64,000 bases of DNA from Octopus vulgaris (GCA_951406725.2 OX597832.1:7564001-7628000), one strand, 5' to 3'. Positions 1 to 13,750 are shown, counted from the stretch's first letter. Notes: generated from the sequence alone by a model not told the origin. Numbers and translations are program-made.

Positions 1-183
1 GCAAAAAGCTCTAAAATATTTCATGACCCACATTGTTAGTTGTAAAGAAAAGTAAAGATGTTTTTGTTATTTAGATTTAGACGTGTAATAGAAGGAATAC
101 CAGTTATGGTTATACCATCGTTTTGTTTTCCAAAAGTAATGTAATCATACTGCATTATCTAATGCATCTATATTTCTTTTAAA

Positions 184-564
184 GGGAGGCGCAATGGCCC
201 AGTGGTTAGAGCAGCGGACTCGCGGTCATAGGATCGCGGTTTCGATTCCCAGACCGGGCGTTGTGAGTGTTTATTGAGCGAAAACACCTAAAAGCTCCAC
301 GAGGCTCCGGCAGGGGATGGTGGTGATCCCTGCTGTACTCTTTCACCACAACTTTCTCTCACTCTTACTTCCTGTTTCTGTTCTACCTGTATTTCAAGGG
401 GCCGGCCTTGTCACTCTCTGTGTCACGCTGAATCTCCCCGAGAACTACGTTAAGGGTGCACGTGTCTGTGGAGTGCTCAGCCACTTACACGTTAATTTCA
501 CGAGCAGGCTGTTCCGTTGATTCGGATCAACCGGAACCCTCATCGTCGTAACCGACGGAGTGCT
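184..564 (+). mobile_element. tRNA-derived SINE family A, full length
   Basis: A box TGGCCCAGTGG and B box GGTTTCGATTCCC; near-identical copy at 8401-8780 and a deleted copy at 45321-45655. Confidence 0.9.
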
Positions 565-746
565 TAAAAAAAAAATTTTTTAAAGATTATAAGTGTAATT
601 TAAAGAAGATTTGTCTGACATGTCTATTAAGACTAGCGACCATATGCAGGTAAGGTTTCACAGTTGAGTTAGGTGACATAATAGTGACGACCTAAGAAGT
701 AAAAGAAATCGACAGGAGTATGATAGTCTAATAAAACTCCACAAAC

Positions 747-882
747 TATTTACATTATTTACATTCGACGGATATTTGTCCTCATCTTGTTTGTTGTTGC
801 CCGTGGGCATATGGCGTAGTGGTTGAGAGCGCGGGCTACTAACCCCAAGTTTCCGAGTTCGATTCAAAGCAGTGATCTGAAC

Positions 883-959
<77 letters not shown>

Positions 960-1148
960 TGATGATAAGAACATCGAAAAATACCTTAGGAATGATAACC
1001 TAGGTTCAAAATTTTCCCAAGACACCTGAAGAAGGCTGGAGGGTATATCAGCCGAAACGTTGTGTTAACAACAAACAAGATGAGGACAAAAATAATGGAA
1101 ATAGTGAAAGTAATGTACATAATTCTTCATCTCTTAAATATAGAACTG
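747..1148 (+). mobile_element. Composite tRNA-headed SINE with (AAT)n, hammerhead and PLE-type inverted 5' copy of its tail
   Basis: A box 812-822, B box 855-865, (AAT)n 883-960, HHR 1021-1066. Segment 747-798 is the reverse complement of the tail seen at 1067-1090 and 25758-25810. Confidence 0.75.
1021..1066 (+). ncRNA. Minimal type I hammerhead ribozyme motif
   Basis: gacac-CTGAAGA-a-ggctg..cagcc-GAAAC-GTT-gtgtt; helix III palindrome AACGTT; predicted cleavage after GUU (1061). Confidence 0.75.
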
Positions 1149-1882
1149 TAAAACACAGCAAATGTTAACCAAGGACGGCACAATGTTCTGGATGTGAGAT
1201 GGGTTATGAGCTATAGCAGCGAGATAATCAGCGAATTGAAATCAGAAAATAAGGCGTGCTAGTGAAGCTGGCCTTGAAATAGTAGCATTCTGTGTTTGTC
1301 CCTGCCACAGGACTTTGAGGTGGGGAGAAGAAAGAAAGAAGACAGAACTTGCGCAGAGTTTTGTTTAGAGTGATCTTGGAGGTGCGCAGTTCTCCTGCAG
1401 CACACACTTCGCGCTCATGGTGATAGTTAAATACTAATACAGTTACCTACGAAAGAGCATCCACCGGTCGTAATCTTAGATAGGTAAGGATTAGTCTTAA
1501 ACCGAACGTATTGTCGACAGTCTAGGTTACGTCCTCTTGACTACATATGTATATGTGACAAACGAAGAATTGACATTGAGATTCGGTTAATGAGCATAGC
1601 ATGGTGATGATAAAATAGAGTATGTAGTTCGGGTTTCCTCGAATGGAGGACGGAGTAGGTCGATCGAAATTATTTTAAAGAGAATAAACTGACATAAAGT
1701 GCATGAAAGAACGACTGTTAACAGGACAGGTGTGTACGCGCACACACACACACACACAAAGACGCACACGTACACAAAGACGCACACATACACGCACATG
1801 CAAATTGGTACGAGCTTCAGATAAGTAATAAGATACATACACGTATAGGTAATTTTTTTTATCTTATAAATATATACATACA

Positions 1883-2120
<238 letters not shown>

Positions 2121-2543
2121 TATGTGAATGAGAAAAAGTGTTTCAGATAGATAGGTACTTAGTAATTGCGGATATATTATTCAATGATCTTTAAAATGTA
2201 TATAAAACAAAATGAAAATTCGTATTATTATTTTTTTTATATTATAGTCTACAATCTTTAGCAAGGCATTATAAAACCTAGAATAAAATGTGTAAATTGA
2301 GAAGCCAGTAGATTTCATTTTCCAACATGAAGGGTATTAGATTTTAAACTTCGTCTAGGGAACTAATGTGTCTTCATAATTTGCTATAAATTCATCACAA
2401 AACAGTTGTTTTAATGCTGCCTGTCCATTAGAGTGCAATATAATTCTACATAAGTAGATCTGAAGAACTACTATTAAGAACCAGTTTTACAGAGAAGCCA
2501 ATTTTACTGGTAACGTATGGGATCTGTATGTATATGTGTCTAA

Positions 2544-2634
<91 letters not shown>

Positions 2635-2689
2635 CATATATACATATATGTATATATATATGTGTGTATATATATATATACATACATAA

Positions 2690-2769
<80 letters not shown>

Positions 2770-3483
2770 ATATATATTCACAGGCGCATGCACACATACC
2801 CACACATATTCACATATACATATTCATATATATCTACACACCCATATATATGTATAGATTAATAGATACATAGATAAGTAAGAGACACGTAAAGACGTCT
2901 TGAAGAAATGGGCTGTAATACATTTGATGGCCAGAAATTCACAAACGTCTTCTTCTCGATATGGTTATAGGAGTCAGGATGCATTTGAATATGCCATGTC
3001 ATAGTGTAGAGACTTAAGGGAAGATTAATTAAGCTCTACATTGCAAAATAATAAAATTCGCACGACTTTTCTAATATGATCGCTACTTATAATGGTGATC
3101 CTCAACGAAGCTTCTACGCAGTCTCTTGACTTGCTAGAAATAAAAGCCAAATCTCGATCAAATCTATAATCTATTATGACATAGAATAAAAACAGGCTGG
3201 ATAAAGTAGCTCTTGTCTTACTATACTTGAAAATAAGACAGAATGGTTGCGGATGGAATACGTTTGACAATAGATATGCTCGACCAAGCTAGACCTGGGA
3301 GAAAATACTAACAACGATAATGATGGACAGATTGTGTCTCGAAGGTATATGTTTGCATACCATAGATCTACGTTATTGAAAACAGATGACGAAGATAACA
3401 AATCGGCGATTCGTTGACATGTATGTCGATACAATATCGATAAGTGCAATCGGCTCTCTAAGAAAACCGATATCCTAAGTCTC

Positions 3484-3519
<36 letters not shown>

Positions 3520-3529
3520 CATATATATA

Positions 3530-3925
3530 TCTCTCTATATATAAAGCTGAAGTTGTCTGTGTATGGCAGGTTTTGTAGCCTTCAACTAACACTATCTACT
3601 CCGAGACCCTACGGCGCAAGTTGACCAAAATTGAGAGAATGATAGAAGAAGGCTTGCTCTTCCTTCAGTAGAAAAACAAAATTCAAATCGGACCACGTTA
3701 ACACCAAAACTTATTTACATCAAAAAGGTGCTTTTTTTTCTATAAAAATCCCTTTTTTTTTTACAATTTTTTGACTGCTGTGTCGCCATTTTTCGGTGTA
3801 TTTCAACCAGAAAAATGTTCACTTAAAGAGAATAACAAGCTACATAATGCAAAATTTTTACTTTTCAAAAATTCCAATTCTAAAGGGTCGAAACAAACCC
3901 GAGCAACGCCGGGCGATACTGCTAG
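3530..3925 (+). mobile_element. Non-autonomous Helitron
   Basis: 5' A|TC(TC)TATATATAAA start; 3' GC hairpin cccg-agcaacgc-cggg (3898-3913) followed by CTAG|T. Confidence 0.8.
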
Positions 3926-3948
3926 TATATATATATATATGTATATAT

Positions 3949-4351
3949 TTACTCTTTTACTTGTTTCAGTCATTTGACTGCGGCCATGCTGGAGCACCAC
4001 CTTTTAATCGAGCAACTCGACCCCGGGACTTATTCTTTGTAAGCCCAGTACTTATTCTATCGGTCTCTTTTGCCGAACCGCTAAGTGACGGGGACATAAA
4101 CACACCAGCATCGGTTGTCAAGCAATGCTAGGGAGACAAACACAGACACACAAACACACACACGCATACATATATATATACATATATACGACGGGCTTCT
4201 TTCAGTTTCCGTCTACCAAATCCACTCACAAGGCTTTGGTCGGCCCGAGGCTATAGTAGAAGACACTAGCCCAAGGTGCCACGCAGTGGGACTGAACCCG
4301 GAACCATGTGGTTGGTAAGCAAGCTACTTACCACACAGCCACTCCTGCGCC
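3949..4351 (-). mobile_element. tRNA-derived SINE family B, full length
   Basis: Reverse complement of 54811-55219; head GGCGCAGGAGTGGCTGTGTGG..GGTTCAGTCCC, tail GTAAAAGAG. Confidence 0.9.
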
Positions 4352-4371
4352 TAATAATGTGTGTTTGTGTG

Positions 4372-4632
4372 TGCTTACGAATTTAACGTGGATGTGGCTG
4401 AGTACTCCACAGACACACATACCCTAAATGTAGCTCTCAGGGAAATTTAGCGTAACACAGAATGTGACAAAGCTGGCTCTCTGAATTACAGCTAGAACTC
4501 ATTTTTTGCTATCTGAGTGGACAGGAGAAACGAGAAGTAAAGCGCCTTGTTCAATGGTACAGCGCACACCAAAAATCGATCACAAGCTTACGATTGTGAT
4601 CCGAATACCCTAAACACTGAGCCAAGCGTCTT

Positions 4633-4635
<3 letters not shown>
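4372..4635 (-). mobile_element. Diverged SINE related to family A
   Basis: Shares 3' body (ctccacagacac..gtgacaa.gctggc) with 184-564 in reverse, with a tRNA-like head near 4600-4630. Confidence 0.7.
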
Positions 4636-4666
<31 letters not shown>

Positions 4667-5726
4667 TGCACACGCACAAATTAAACAATCACTTCAGACA
4701 CATGATGTTTCGATGAAGTACATCTGCACGTGAAGTCGCCAAACAAATAAACAATATTACGAAACAATACTCAGTAGAAAAATATAGTAAGAAGTGCCTT
4801 TTCGCTGTCTGTAAGGAAATTTACGCAAACACACTGATAATAACTGGATTATGCTTACACACGAGCGCAGCTCTTCGATATATGTCCACAAATCAGTAAT
4901 GTGTGAGCACTGAACAATAACGTGCAGGAAGGTTTCAGTGATCTTCACGCATCTCAGATTGGTTCGGCTATTGGCAGTTGTGTACCTGTAAATCTTGTCT
5001 TGAACAGTAATGTACCTCTGTTTGCCAGTCTCTTCTTGAGAACTTTTAGGAGTTGTCCATAGTTTTCAACTCCAAAGTTCTCTGGCAGAGGCTGCTGAGA
5101 CTTTCTCGTCAACCCCAAGAGCCCTATAATTTGCAAATACAACTCGGACAAAAGCACCGGACCGAGGGCATAGTTCAAGTCTCGGATTCTGGTTTGGTCC
5201 AAACCTCCAGGTACATAGGAACAGAAAACTTTGTGACCATAAGTCTTTCTTAGAAAAAGACTGACGTGTCTCTGAAAGGTCTGTTGAGGGGATGGGTAAC
5301 ACCTATATCGACTCAGTGGTGTACTGTCACATAGCTGTTGACTTTGTTGTAAGAAGCTTTTGACCAAACGGGCTTGACCAAACGGCTTGCTGTTTTTTAC
5401 TACTTATGACACAAGAGACAAATTTCACTTGTCAGATTCTTCTGTCTCCAGTACTCAATTAATGATGGTCTTGGGATGCTGTCGCTAATGAAGTGTATGC
5501 ACGCATTTAGGCTTACACATTTCCAGGAATATATGGAAGACGACGAAAATAAAGGAGAACTATGGGTGTCTGAAAACTTCTTTTCGTTGTTCGAGTCTTT
5601 GACTGGAGACTGCAGTCAAGACTCAAGGTAATACCGAGATGGAGTGTTTGGCATTTTGCCCGGCGTGCTTACGATTCTGCCAGATCACCGCCTTAATGAT
5701 AATAGAAAATAATAATAATAAAACGT

Positions 5727-5791
<65 letters not shown>

Positions 5792-5934
5792 TAATAATAA
5801 TGTACACAACAACAGCAACAACAATAAACTAATAATATTTAGTGGGAAGAATAATACTGGGTGGAGAGAGGAAGAAATAATAATATTGCTGTTAGAAAAT
5901 GAGTGGGATTGGAAACAAAATGCCGTCCTCTATT

Positions 5935-5972
<38 letters not shown>

Positions 5973-6239
5973 AATAAATCTCTGAACGAGATATAAACAG
6001 TAACCGCTCGACAACGTAAGGGGTATCAGCCATCTGAATGTGGCTAGGCACTGGGGGGGGGGGTTACTGATGCTTTTAGCCCCAGGCGATCAACGTCACC
6101 AGAAGGACTTTAGACACTATCTCAGTGTCCTTGTTTGTTTGTAAAGGGAGGTCATCCTCCCTCGAAGATCCGGGTACTACATACGGACTATAGTTTCGAG
6201 GTCATTGCCTCTTGTCAATGCATGGTAAGCACCGGTCTT

Positions 6240-6600
6240 CGATGAAGGATTCCCTTTGCAGCCATTTTCGGCCTCGGGCGCCCATGCTCTTTCCAAGACC
6301 TGCACCATAACACGTTCAAGAGTTTCAGACCTCACTTCTCTGATTTCTCTAAGATGTTCTCCTTCAGTCGCACCAGGGTCTCCAGTTTGTTGACATAAAC
6401 CCTCTCTTTCAGGTATCCCCTCAAGAAAAAATCCGGACTAGTCAAGTCTGGGGAACGTGAAGGCCTGTTGACATTGCCGTAGCGGGAGATTATTCTCTCT
6501 CCAAAGCACCACCGTAGGAACTGCATTGTTTCTGTTGCGGTATGAGCTGTCGCCCCATCTTGCTGGAACCATGTGTGAGGTCTACTTGGAATGGCCTATA
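6240..6600 (-). pseudogene. Tc1/mariner-superfamily transposase C-terminal fragment
   Basis: WFQQDGATAHTA and PSRSPDLTSPDFFLRGYLKERVY motifs. Confidence 0.85.
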
Positions 6601-6924
6601 TATATACACTCGACCTTAAAATGACACAAGAATAAACAACTGTGTTGTGAACATCATTCCGCAGAAACAGCTCTAAGCTAATGGAGTTTAACAATTGTTT
6701 AATTGTTTGTCATTCTAATTTTTTTTATTACTGCTGTGCGTTCCACTGCCGTTTCGATTTGAAACATATTTATATTGACTTTTAACCCTAGGTCGCGAAG
6801 TGTATGGCTAACAACAAGGACCGTGGTTAAGGTTAAGATAAACCTCAGCATTGGTCTAAAAATCCAGGAATGACAATTGTAGAGAGTATCTATATCAATT
6901 AATAAGAGAATAGGTTTTCATTTC

Positions 6925-7500
6925 ATTAGTCTACAGCTGTTTCATAATCATATTAGTTATGTAATAGACAATTTCCGTTTACCAAATTCACTCATAAGGT
7001 ATTGCTTGGCATAGAGCAATAGTAGAAGACTCTTGTTCATTGTGCCGCGGTGTGGAACTGAACCTGAAACTACGTGGTTGCAAAGTTAGCTTCTTAATAG
7101 CTTCTTAACCACACAGCTAATTGATTTAAAACTATAGAGAAAATGCAAATCAGCAATTAGAAATAAATCCTGTTCATGAATTCAGATGCGATACCAAAGC
7201 GAGATGTGGATTAATACACATAAGGTATGGAGAGATAAATTAATTAAAATTGAAAATCTGAGTTATATTTTCTATAGGCTTTAAAAGAAAATGAAAAAGG
7301 AGCCAGTAATTAAAGTACTTAGAAGATAAAAGGAAATGATAAGATATAACATACAAACATGAAAGAGGACATTGGAGATGTGCTATAAGACAAAGATAAG
7401 GAAAAAACCCATACCAGAAATAAGATTACGGTTATATATATACTGCCTTTCCATTCGCAAAATACAGTTCCAATGTAGTTAGTTGGATATTAAGGTAAAA
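6925..7500. mobile_element. Degenerate PLE relic: half hammerhead (minus) and decayed GIY-YIG C-terminus (plus), split by a SINE B fragment (6970-7118)
   Basis: Minus-strand GAAAC-AGCT-GTA at 6932-6943; plus strand ALKENEK-EPVIK..YN..C pattern at 7270-7400. Confidence 0.45.
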
Positions 7501-7613
7501 GAAGAGCCCTAAACATAAAAGACCCTAGAAAAACCATACACTGCATTAAGAAAAGAAAAGAAAACTTCGTCCAAATGCATTGATGTTATACTCTTGATAT
7601 AAACACACATATG

Positions 7614-7719
<106 letters not shown>

Positions 7720-7735
7720 CATCCATTCATCCATC

Positions 7736-7800
<65 letters not shown>

Positions 7801-7802
<2 letters not shown>

Positions 7803-8057
7803 CATAAATGTTGAACATTGCTCAACAACATATTGGTGGATAAAATTTTTATTTGTGTATTAAGGCTAAAGAGAGTTTCATGTTAAGAAATATCTTAATA
7901 TCATAACAATTTTTCAAGCCGATCACATGCAGGAATGGTATTTTAATCTAAAATGTAGACGAACACCATTCTCTTATGTGATCAGCTTGAAAAAGTGTTA
8001 AGATATTGACTTGTTTTCTTAACATGAAACTAATGAGAGTCTTAATACACAAATAAA
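7801..8057. mobile_element. Fold-back pair of HHR-bearing PLE-type termini plus single-copy tail
   Basis: Imperfect palindrome 7848-8057; right arm TTGAAAA-a-gtgttaaga..tcttaacat-GAAAC; arms end at AATAAA. Confidence 0.65.
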
Positions 8058-8061
8058 GTGT

Positions 8062-8105
<44 letters not shown>

Positions 8106-8109
8106 TAAA

Positions 8110-8320
8110 AGGCGAGCTGGCTGGGTCGTTAAGACGTCTGATGAAATATTTAGCGGCTTTTTTGTCTGTCTATAACGTCTGAGCTCAAATTGCAGCGGCG
8201 TCGACTTTGCTTTTCATCTTTTGGGTGTCGATAAAACAAGTACCAGTCGAGTACTTGGGTCGATGTAATCAGCATAGACCCACCCTCGAAATTGCTGACC
8301 TTCTGCCAAAATTCGAAACA
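8110..8320 (+). mobile_element. SINE family C (MetaSINE-like central domain)
   Basis: ggcgagctggc head and gtcgactttgc.tttcatc.ttt.ggggtcgataaa..aagtaccagt domain. Confidence 0.8.
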
Positions 8321-8400
8321 AACGTATGCAAACATATAGACCACACTCACGCACACACACAATCTTTCTCTCTCTTCATCTTCCTATTTATTTATTTAGT

Positions 8401-8780
8401 GGAGGCGCAATGGCCCAGTGGTAAGGGCAGCGGACTCGCGGTCATAGGATCGCGGTTTCGATTCCCAGACCGAGCGTTGTGAGTGTTTATTGAGCGAAAA
8501 CACCTAAAAGCTCCTCGAGGCTCCGGCAGGGGATGGTGGTGATCCCTGCTGTACTCTTTCACCACTACTTCTCTCACTCATACTTCCTGTTTCTGTTCTA
8601 CCTGTATTTCAAGGGGCCGGCCTTGTCACTCTTTGTGTCACGCTGAATATCCCCGAGAACTACGTTAAGGGTGCACGTGTCTGTGGAGTGCTCAGCCACT
8701 TACACGTTAATTTCACGAGCAGGCTGTTCCGTTGATTCGGATCAACCGGAACCCTCATCGTCGTAACCGACGGAGTGCTT
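8401..8780 (+). mobile_element. SINE family A, full length
   Basis: Near identical to 184-564. Confidence 0.9.
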
Positions 8781-8987
8781 CTCATTTATTTATTTATCTG
8801 TCAGAGTTCATTTTAAACTTTTGGTTGAAATATTATTTTCAAAATCATTGCGAGCATTCATTTCCTATCTTTCCAGGCTTTCCAGTCTTGCAGGATATTG
8901 ATAACGAATATTTACTTCTTCAATTAGTTTTCTTTTGTATTCCAGATTGAAATGATTTTGCACACGCGAGCACACACACACACACAT

Positions 8988-9018
<31 letters not shown>

Positions 9019-9137
9019 CACTCACACACACAGACACACAAGTATACATATATATACATATATATTTATACATACATATATATGTATATATACATACACA
9101 CACATTTATATATATACATACACAAACACACACACAT

Positions 9138-9172
<35 letters not shown>

Positions 9173-9269
9173 CAGACACACAAGTATACATATATATATA
9201 TACATATATTTATACATACATATATATGTATATATACATACACACACATTTATATATATACATACACAA

Positions 9270-9321
<52 letters not shown>

Positions 9322-9564
9322 GTATATGTTTAGATAGTTATATGTTTGTATTTAGATAGATAGACATATATATACATACAAATAGGTTTTAGTTTTGTCC
9401 TGTTCTTATCTAAAGTCATTTTCTCACTGTAATATTTTTTAATTAGGAATTAATTCGTTTTTATTAGTTTGGCAGATATCAGCACGCATCAGCGAATATT
9501 TGAAAGAATGGTTGTGTGTTTGTTTAATTTCTCTTCATCAAAGTGTAGAAATATCTAAAAAGGT

Positions 9565-10050
9565 TGTCACAGCGCCTCATGGTCCCAGCAGACAAAATAG
9601 AAAAACCAAAGCATGTTCGATTGGAAGGGATGCTTGAATTTGTTCAAAATCTTCGTAGCGCAGTCTTTCCTTTTTTCCTTGATGGCTTGCGATAAATATT
9701 GGCTATTTCTCATCTTGTATGAGGAGTATCGAATGTCTTCATGCACTACTTGCCTGATAAGAAACTCAGACACTCCCATGACCCTGATTGACTCGGAGGA
9801 ATCGTTGCCAATCATATCTTGGATCGCACCAACAAATTCAGGAGTGCTTTTCTTATCAGAACGATATGCCGTACCTCTGTAATCACCATTGGACTCATTC
9901 AACTCTTTTCGAATCCACTGCACTGTCTTCAGACTGACACCCAAACACTCTGAAATGTTCGTATTAGAGCTTGCAGGACGAATGTCAAGTAGTACAGCAT
10001 GTCGTTTCTAAATTTCTGGGAGAGTGAATTGCGTCGCAGTGCTGTTGTTT
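9565..10050 (-). pseudogene. maT/DD37D-like transposase N-terminal fragment
   Basis: HTH region LGVSLKTVQWIRKEL..VSEFLIRQVVHEDIRYSSYKMR..LWFF. Confidence 0.75.
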
Positions 10051-10114
10051 GAGAGACGGTGCCCAACTAGCCCTAGTATACTGTGTAGTCGACAAACTCA
10101 AAGACAAAGACAGA

Positions 10115-10465
10115 CAAAGGGATTAAGTTGATTACATCCACTCCAGTGCGTAACTAGTACATTATTTATCGATCCCGAAAGGATGAAAGGCAAAGTCGAC
10201 CTCGGCGGAATTTGAACTCAGAACGTAACGGCAGACGAAATACCTGTTTCTTTACTACCCACAAGGGGCTAAAAACAGAGAGGACAAATAAGGACAGACA
10301 AACCGATTAAGTCGATTATATCGACCCCAGTGCGTAACTGGTACTTAATTTATCGATCCCGAAAGGATGAAAGGCAAAGTCGACCTCGGCTGAATTTGAA
10401 CTCAGAACATAAGGGCAGACGAAATACCGCTATGCATTTCGACCGGCGTGCTAACGTATCTGCCA
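10115..10465 (-). mobile_element. Two tandem SINE C copies
   Basis: Repeated cccgaaaggatgaaaggcaaagtcgacctcggc..gaactcagaac. Confidence 0.85.
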
Positions 10466-10520
10466 TATATATATATATATTTATACACACACACACATAT
10501 ATATATATATATACATTCAT

Positions 10521-10556
<36 letters not shown>

Positions 10557-10851
10557 AAGTAAAAAATATATACAAACTGGGACAAGAACGTGAAACACCT
10601 AGAAGACGACACAAGAACCATATATATATATATATATTTATACACACACACACATATATATACATACATATAGTTTATATATATATATATATATATACAA
10701 ACAGAAGTATTTATTTTATTGATATGAAGAAAATTGTAATTGACGAAAAATTCTTGAAGACTATGCTACAGTAAGACTACAGTCCCTTGACAAGAACCAT
10801 AAAACTCCAACAAACAGAGAAAGCATAAAACAAGAGTAGCAGTGGTGGTGA

Positions 10852-11590
10852 TCCTCCTCCTCCTCCTCCTCCTCCTTCTTCTTCTTCTTCTTCTACTTCC
10901 TCTTCTACCTCCTCTTCTTCTTCTTCTTCTTCTTCTTCTTCTTCTTCTTCTTCTTCTTCTTCTTCTTCTTCTTCTTCTTCTTCTTCTTCTTCTTCTTCCT
11001 CTTCCGCTTCTTCTTCTTCTTCTTCTTCTTCTTCTCATCATTTCACGACTTTTCATCTTCATGTTCTTGTGTTTTTTTTTCTTCCTTTTCCTCCAAGCTC
11101 TCCACGCCTCCTACGTTCCGAAACCCCTCAACGCACTCTACGCTGCCCAACACCAACTGCGTCCCCAACACTCCCTCTGCGCTAACGCTCCTGCGCCCCC
11201 AACTCCAAACACTCACTTACACGCCCAACGGTCTCCACGTCCCAACGCCGCCTCCGCCACCCACGACTCTATGTCCCCTACGCTCAAACGCCCCTCAGTT
11301 CCCCATCTACGCCCATACACTCAATGCTAATTGCGTGTCCTAAACTACCAACCTCCCTACATCCCCTACACCCCCGACACTCTCTACGCACCAACACCAC
11401 GTACGCCTCTACGCCCCCACATTCCTTATGCCTCTACGTCTTCATTTACCCCAAGCTCACCTAGGCCCCCTACTTCCCCTACGCTATTAAATGCATTCTT
11501 CTTCTTCCTCTTTTTTCTTCTTCTTTCTCTCCCCTTCCTCCCTTCTTGGTTCCTCTTCCTCCTTCTTATCACCATCATCATTGTCATCTT
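10852..11590. repeat. (CTT)n/(CCT)n tracts flanking a C-rich degenerate minisatellite
   Basis: Recurring ctacgccc-like units at 11100-11490. Confidence 0.8.
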
Positions 11591-11811
11591 CATTACAACG
11601 TTACAAATCTTTGCAGAGCAGTGGAAATACTGACAAAATATGTCCGATAATTAATTATAGATTTTTGACATACTCATCACGCTATTTTATATTTGTCAAA
11701 TCATTAAACAATGGCGACTAATTCATCACTATTTTATTTTACATAAATTTACACGCACGTACACACATATTTATATAGAATGTACATATATTTATAGACA
11801 TATATAATGTT

Positions 11812-11863
<52 letters not shown>

Positions 11864-11889
11864 ATATTAATAATAATGAGAATGAAGAA

Positions 11890-12560
11890 TTTGAACATTC
11901 AATCTTTACGTTTATTTACACTTGGTTTATTCAGAATAATTGTTCGGTAAATGTTTCGATCGCACTAATCTAATGACATATTGTTGCATATTTATATACA
12001 GCGATTCATGCATTATTAGTACAATCTTTTCAGTGTGTATAAATATGACATTGTTTGAAGAGGAATTTTCCTACATTATTAGTTTGAATTAGACTTGGTA
12101 GCAGTAGTAAACGATGAAGTTAATTTTTTTTTACAACTGATTGGGTAAAATTCAGCAGCACCAGCTGTGTTTGTTGAAGTTGGCAAATTTTCTTGGTCCG
12201 TTACAACCAGTGTTTCAAAACTCAACTCCGTAATTGCTTCCGTAGATCTAAACTCTCACTCTTATAAGCTGTACTATAAGTCTATCGAGAAATTTTCCTG
12301 CATACATAAATAGGATTTCCACTCCTTTGTAGCATTAATAATAGGATATCCAATCTCTCTTCTACAGAAATTTTTGATAAGGTAATCCCTTATTATAACT
12401 ACGCCTTAGCTAATAGCGTCTTCAAAGATAAGATATAATACAATCCTTCTAGTAATAATACAGATCATGAATATAGATCTAAGAATAGACCTAGGAAAAT
12501 AATTAGGTTCGCTCCACCTTCTCCCTTAGTGTTAAACTATCGTAGGTAACAGATTCCTAT
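11890..12560. mobile_element. PLE relic: inverted HHR-like terminus (minus) plus RT thumb/linker ORF fragment (plus)
   Basis: Plus 12331-12540 reads SINNRISNLSSTEIFDKVIPYYNYALANS..RPRKIIRFAPP; minus 11949-12040 reads CTGAAAA, 12-bp helix II, GAAAC. Confidence 0.7.
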
Positions 12561-12574
12561 CTCTTTTAGATAAG

Positions 12575-13010
12575 CATTTCCCAGAAAATCACAAATGCAG
12601 AAAGATGTTTAACAACATCAGAACCATGTCGTGGCCAGCTCTCAGCCCGGATTTGAACCCAATTGAACATCTTTTGGATGAAATCCAGAAATAGCTGAAC
12701 CAGGTGGTCCCAAATCCGACAACTCGTGTGGAACTGCAGGTAGCTTTCCTCAGGGTGTGGGCACAGGTGCCAGTGGGTTTTCCGAATCGTCTCATGCACA
12801 CCATGTACCGACGGTGTATGGCCGTTTTGAACACCCAGGGAGGGCATACACGGTTTTGAACATGTCACGCCCTACAATGTCGATGTGCTCGATCCGCCCA
12901 CTACCAGAACAGATAACAACGACCCATAGATTGTGGTCAAAGTGCAACCAAGAAATTGACTTTATCAGATTTATCAAAATTTATCTCTGACAATGAAATT
13001 GAAACATATT
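12575..13010 (+). pseudogene. Tc1 transposase C-terminal fragment
   Basis: WPALSPDLNPIEHLLDEIQ at about 12631-12687. Confidence 0.85.
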
Positions 13011-13058
13011 TCACAGTCACACACGTCTCGCGTTTCTTTTGCCGTTCAGTGTATATAG

Positions 13059-13134
<76 letters not shown>

Positions 13135-13250
13135 ATGAATGTGTGTACATGTGTGTCTGTGTGTGTGTGTGTGTGTGCGCCCGCACACATGTATGCTTCT
13201 GTGTTTCAGAGAGCATTTCTGCTTTTCTAGCTGCTTGTCTCATTCTCTCC

Positions 13251-13287
<37 letters not shown>

Positions 13288-13676
13288 CACACATGTATAT
13301 ATATCCTAGTGTATATACATGTATCTAAGGATGCATTGAGAAGCCGTATTATTGAATATCTTTTCAAAGTGACTAATCTGGTAAGCATTATTCCATTAAA
13401 GACTTTTACATTCGAATGGATTCCATCCCTCCAATGCTAGTTTCTTTCTTCTAATATTAAGTAGTTTCTGCTATAAATCTTTATTATTATTCTATGATCA
13501 AAATTATTTAAAGCGCTACATTTAGTGAATAAGTTTCTGTGAGAAAAAGCTTTTACATTTCAAATTTCATAAACCCACATCTTTCAAAAAGCTCTACCAT
13601 GTGCCTGCCTGCCTACCTGCCTACCTTCCTACCTACCTACCTACCTACCTACCTACCTACCTACCTACCTACCTAC

Positions 13677-13745
<69 letters not shown>

Positions 13746-13750
13746 CATCC

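Noticed and set aside
800-875. Possible genuine tRNA gene
   Set aside because: Acceptor and T stems do not pair and there is no terminator; it is a SINE head
2140-2520. Possible PLE linker relic (NSCFNAACPLEC)
   Set aside because: Too short and degenerate to support a call
4900-5400. 137-aa minus-strand ORF
   Set aside because: No recognisable motif; probably a decayed retroelement, unassigned
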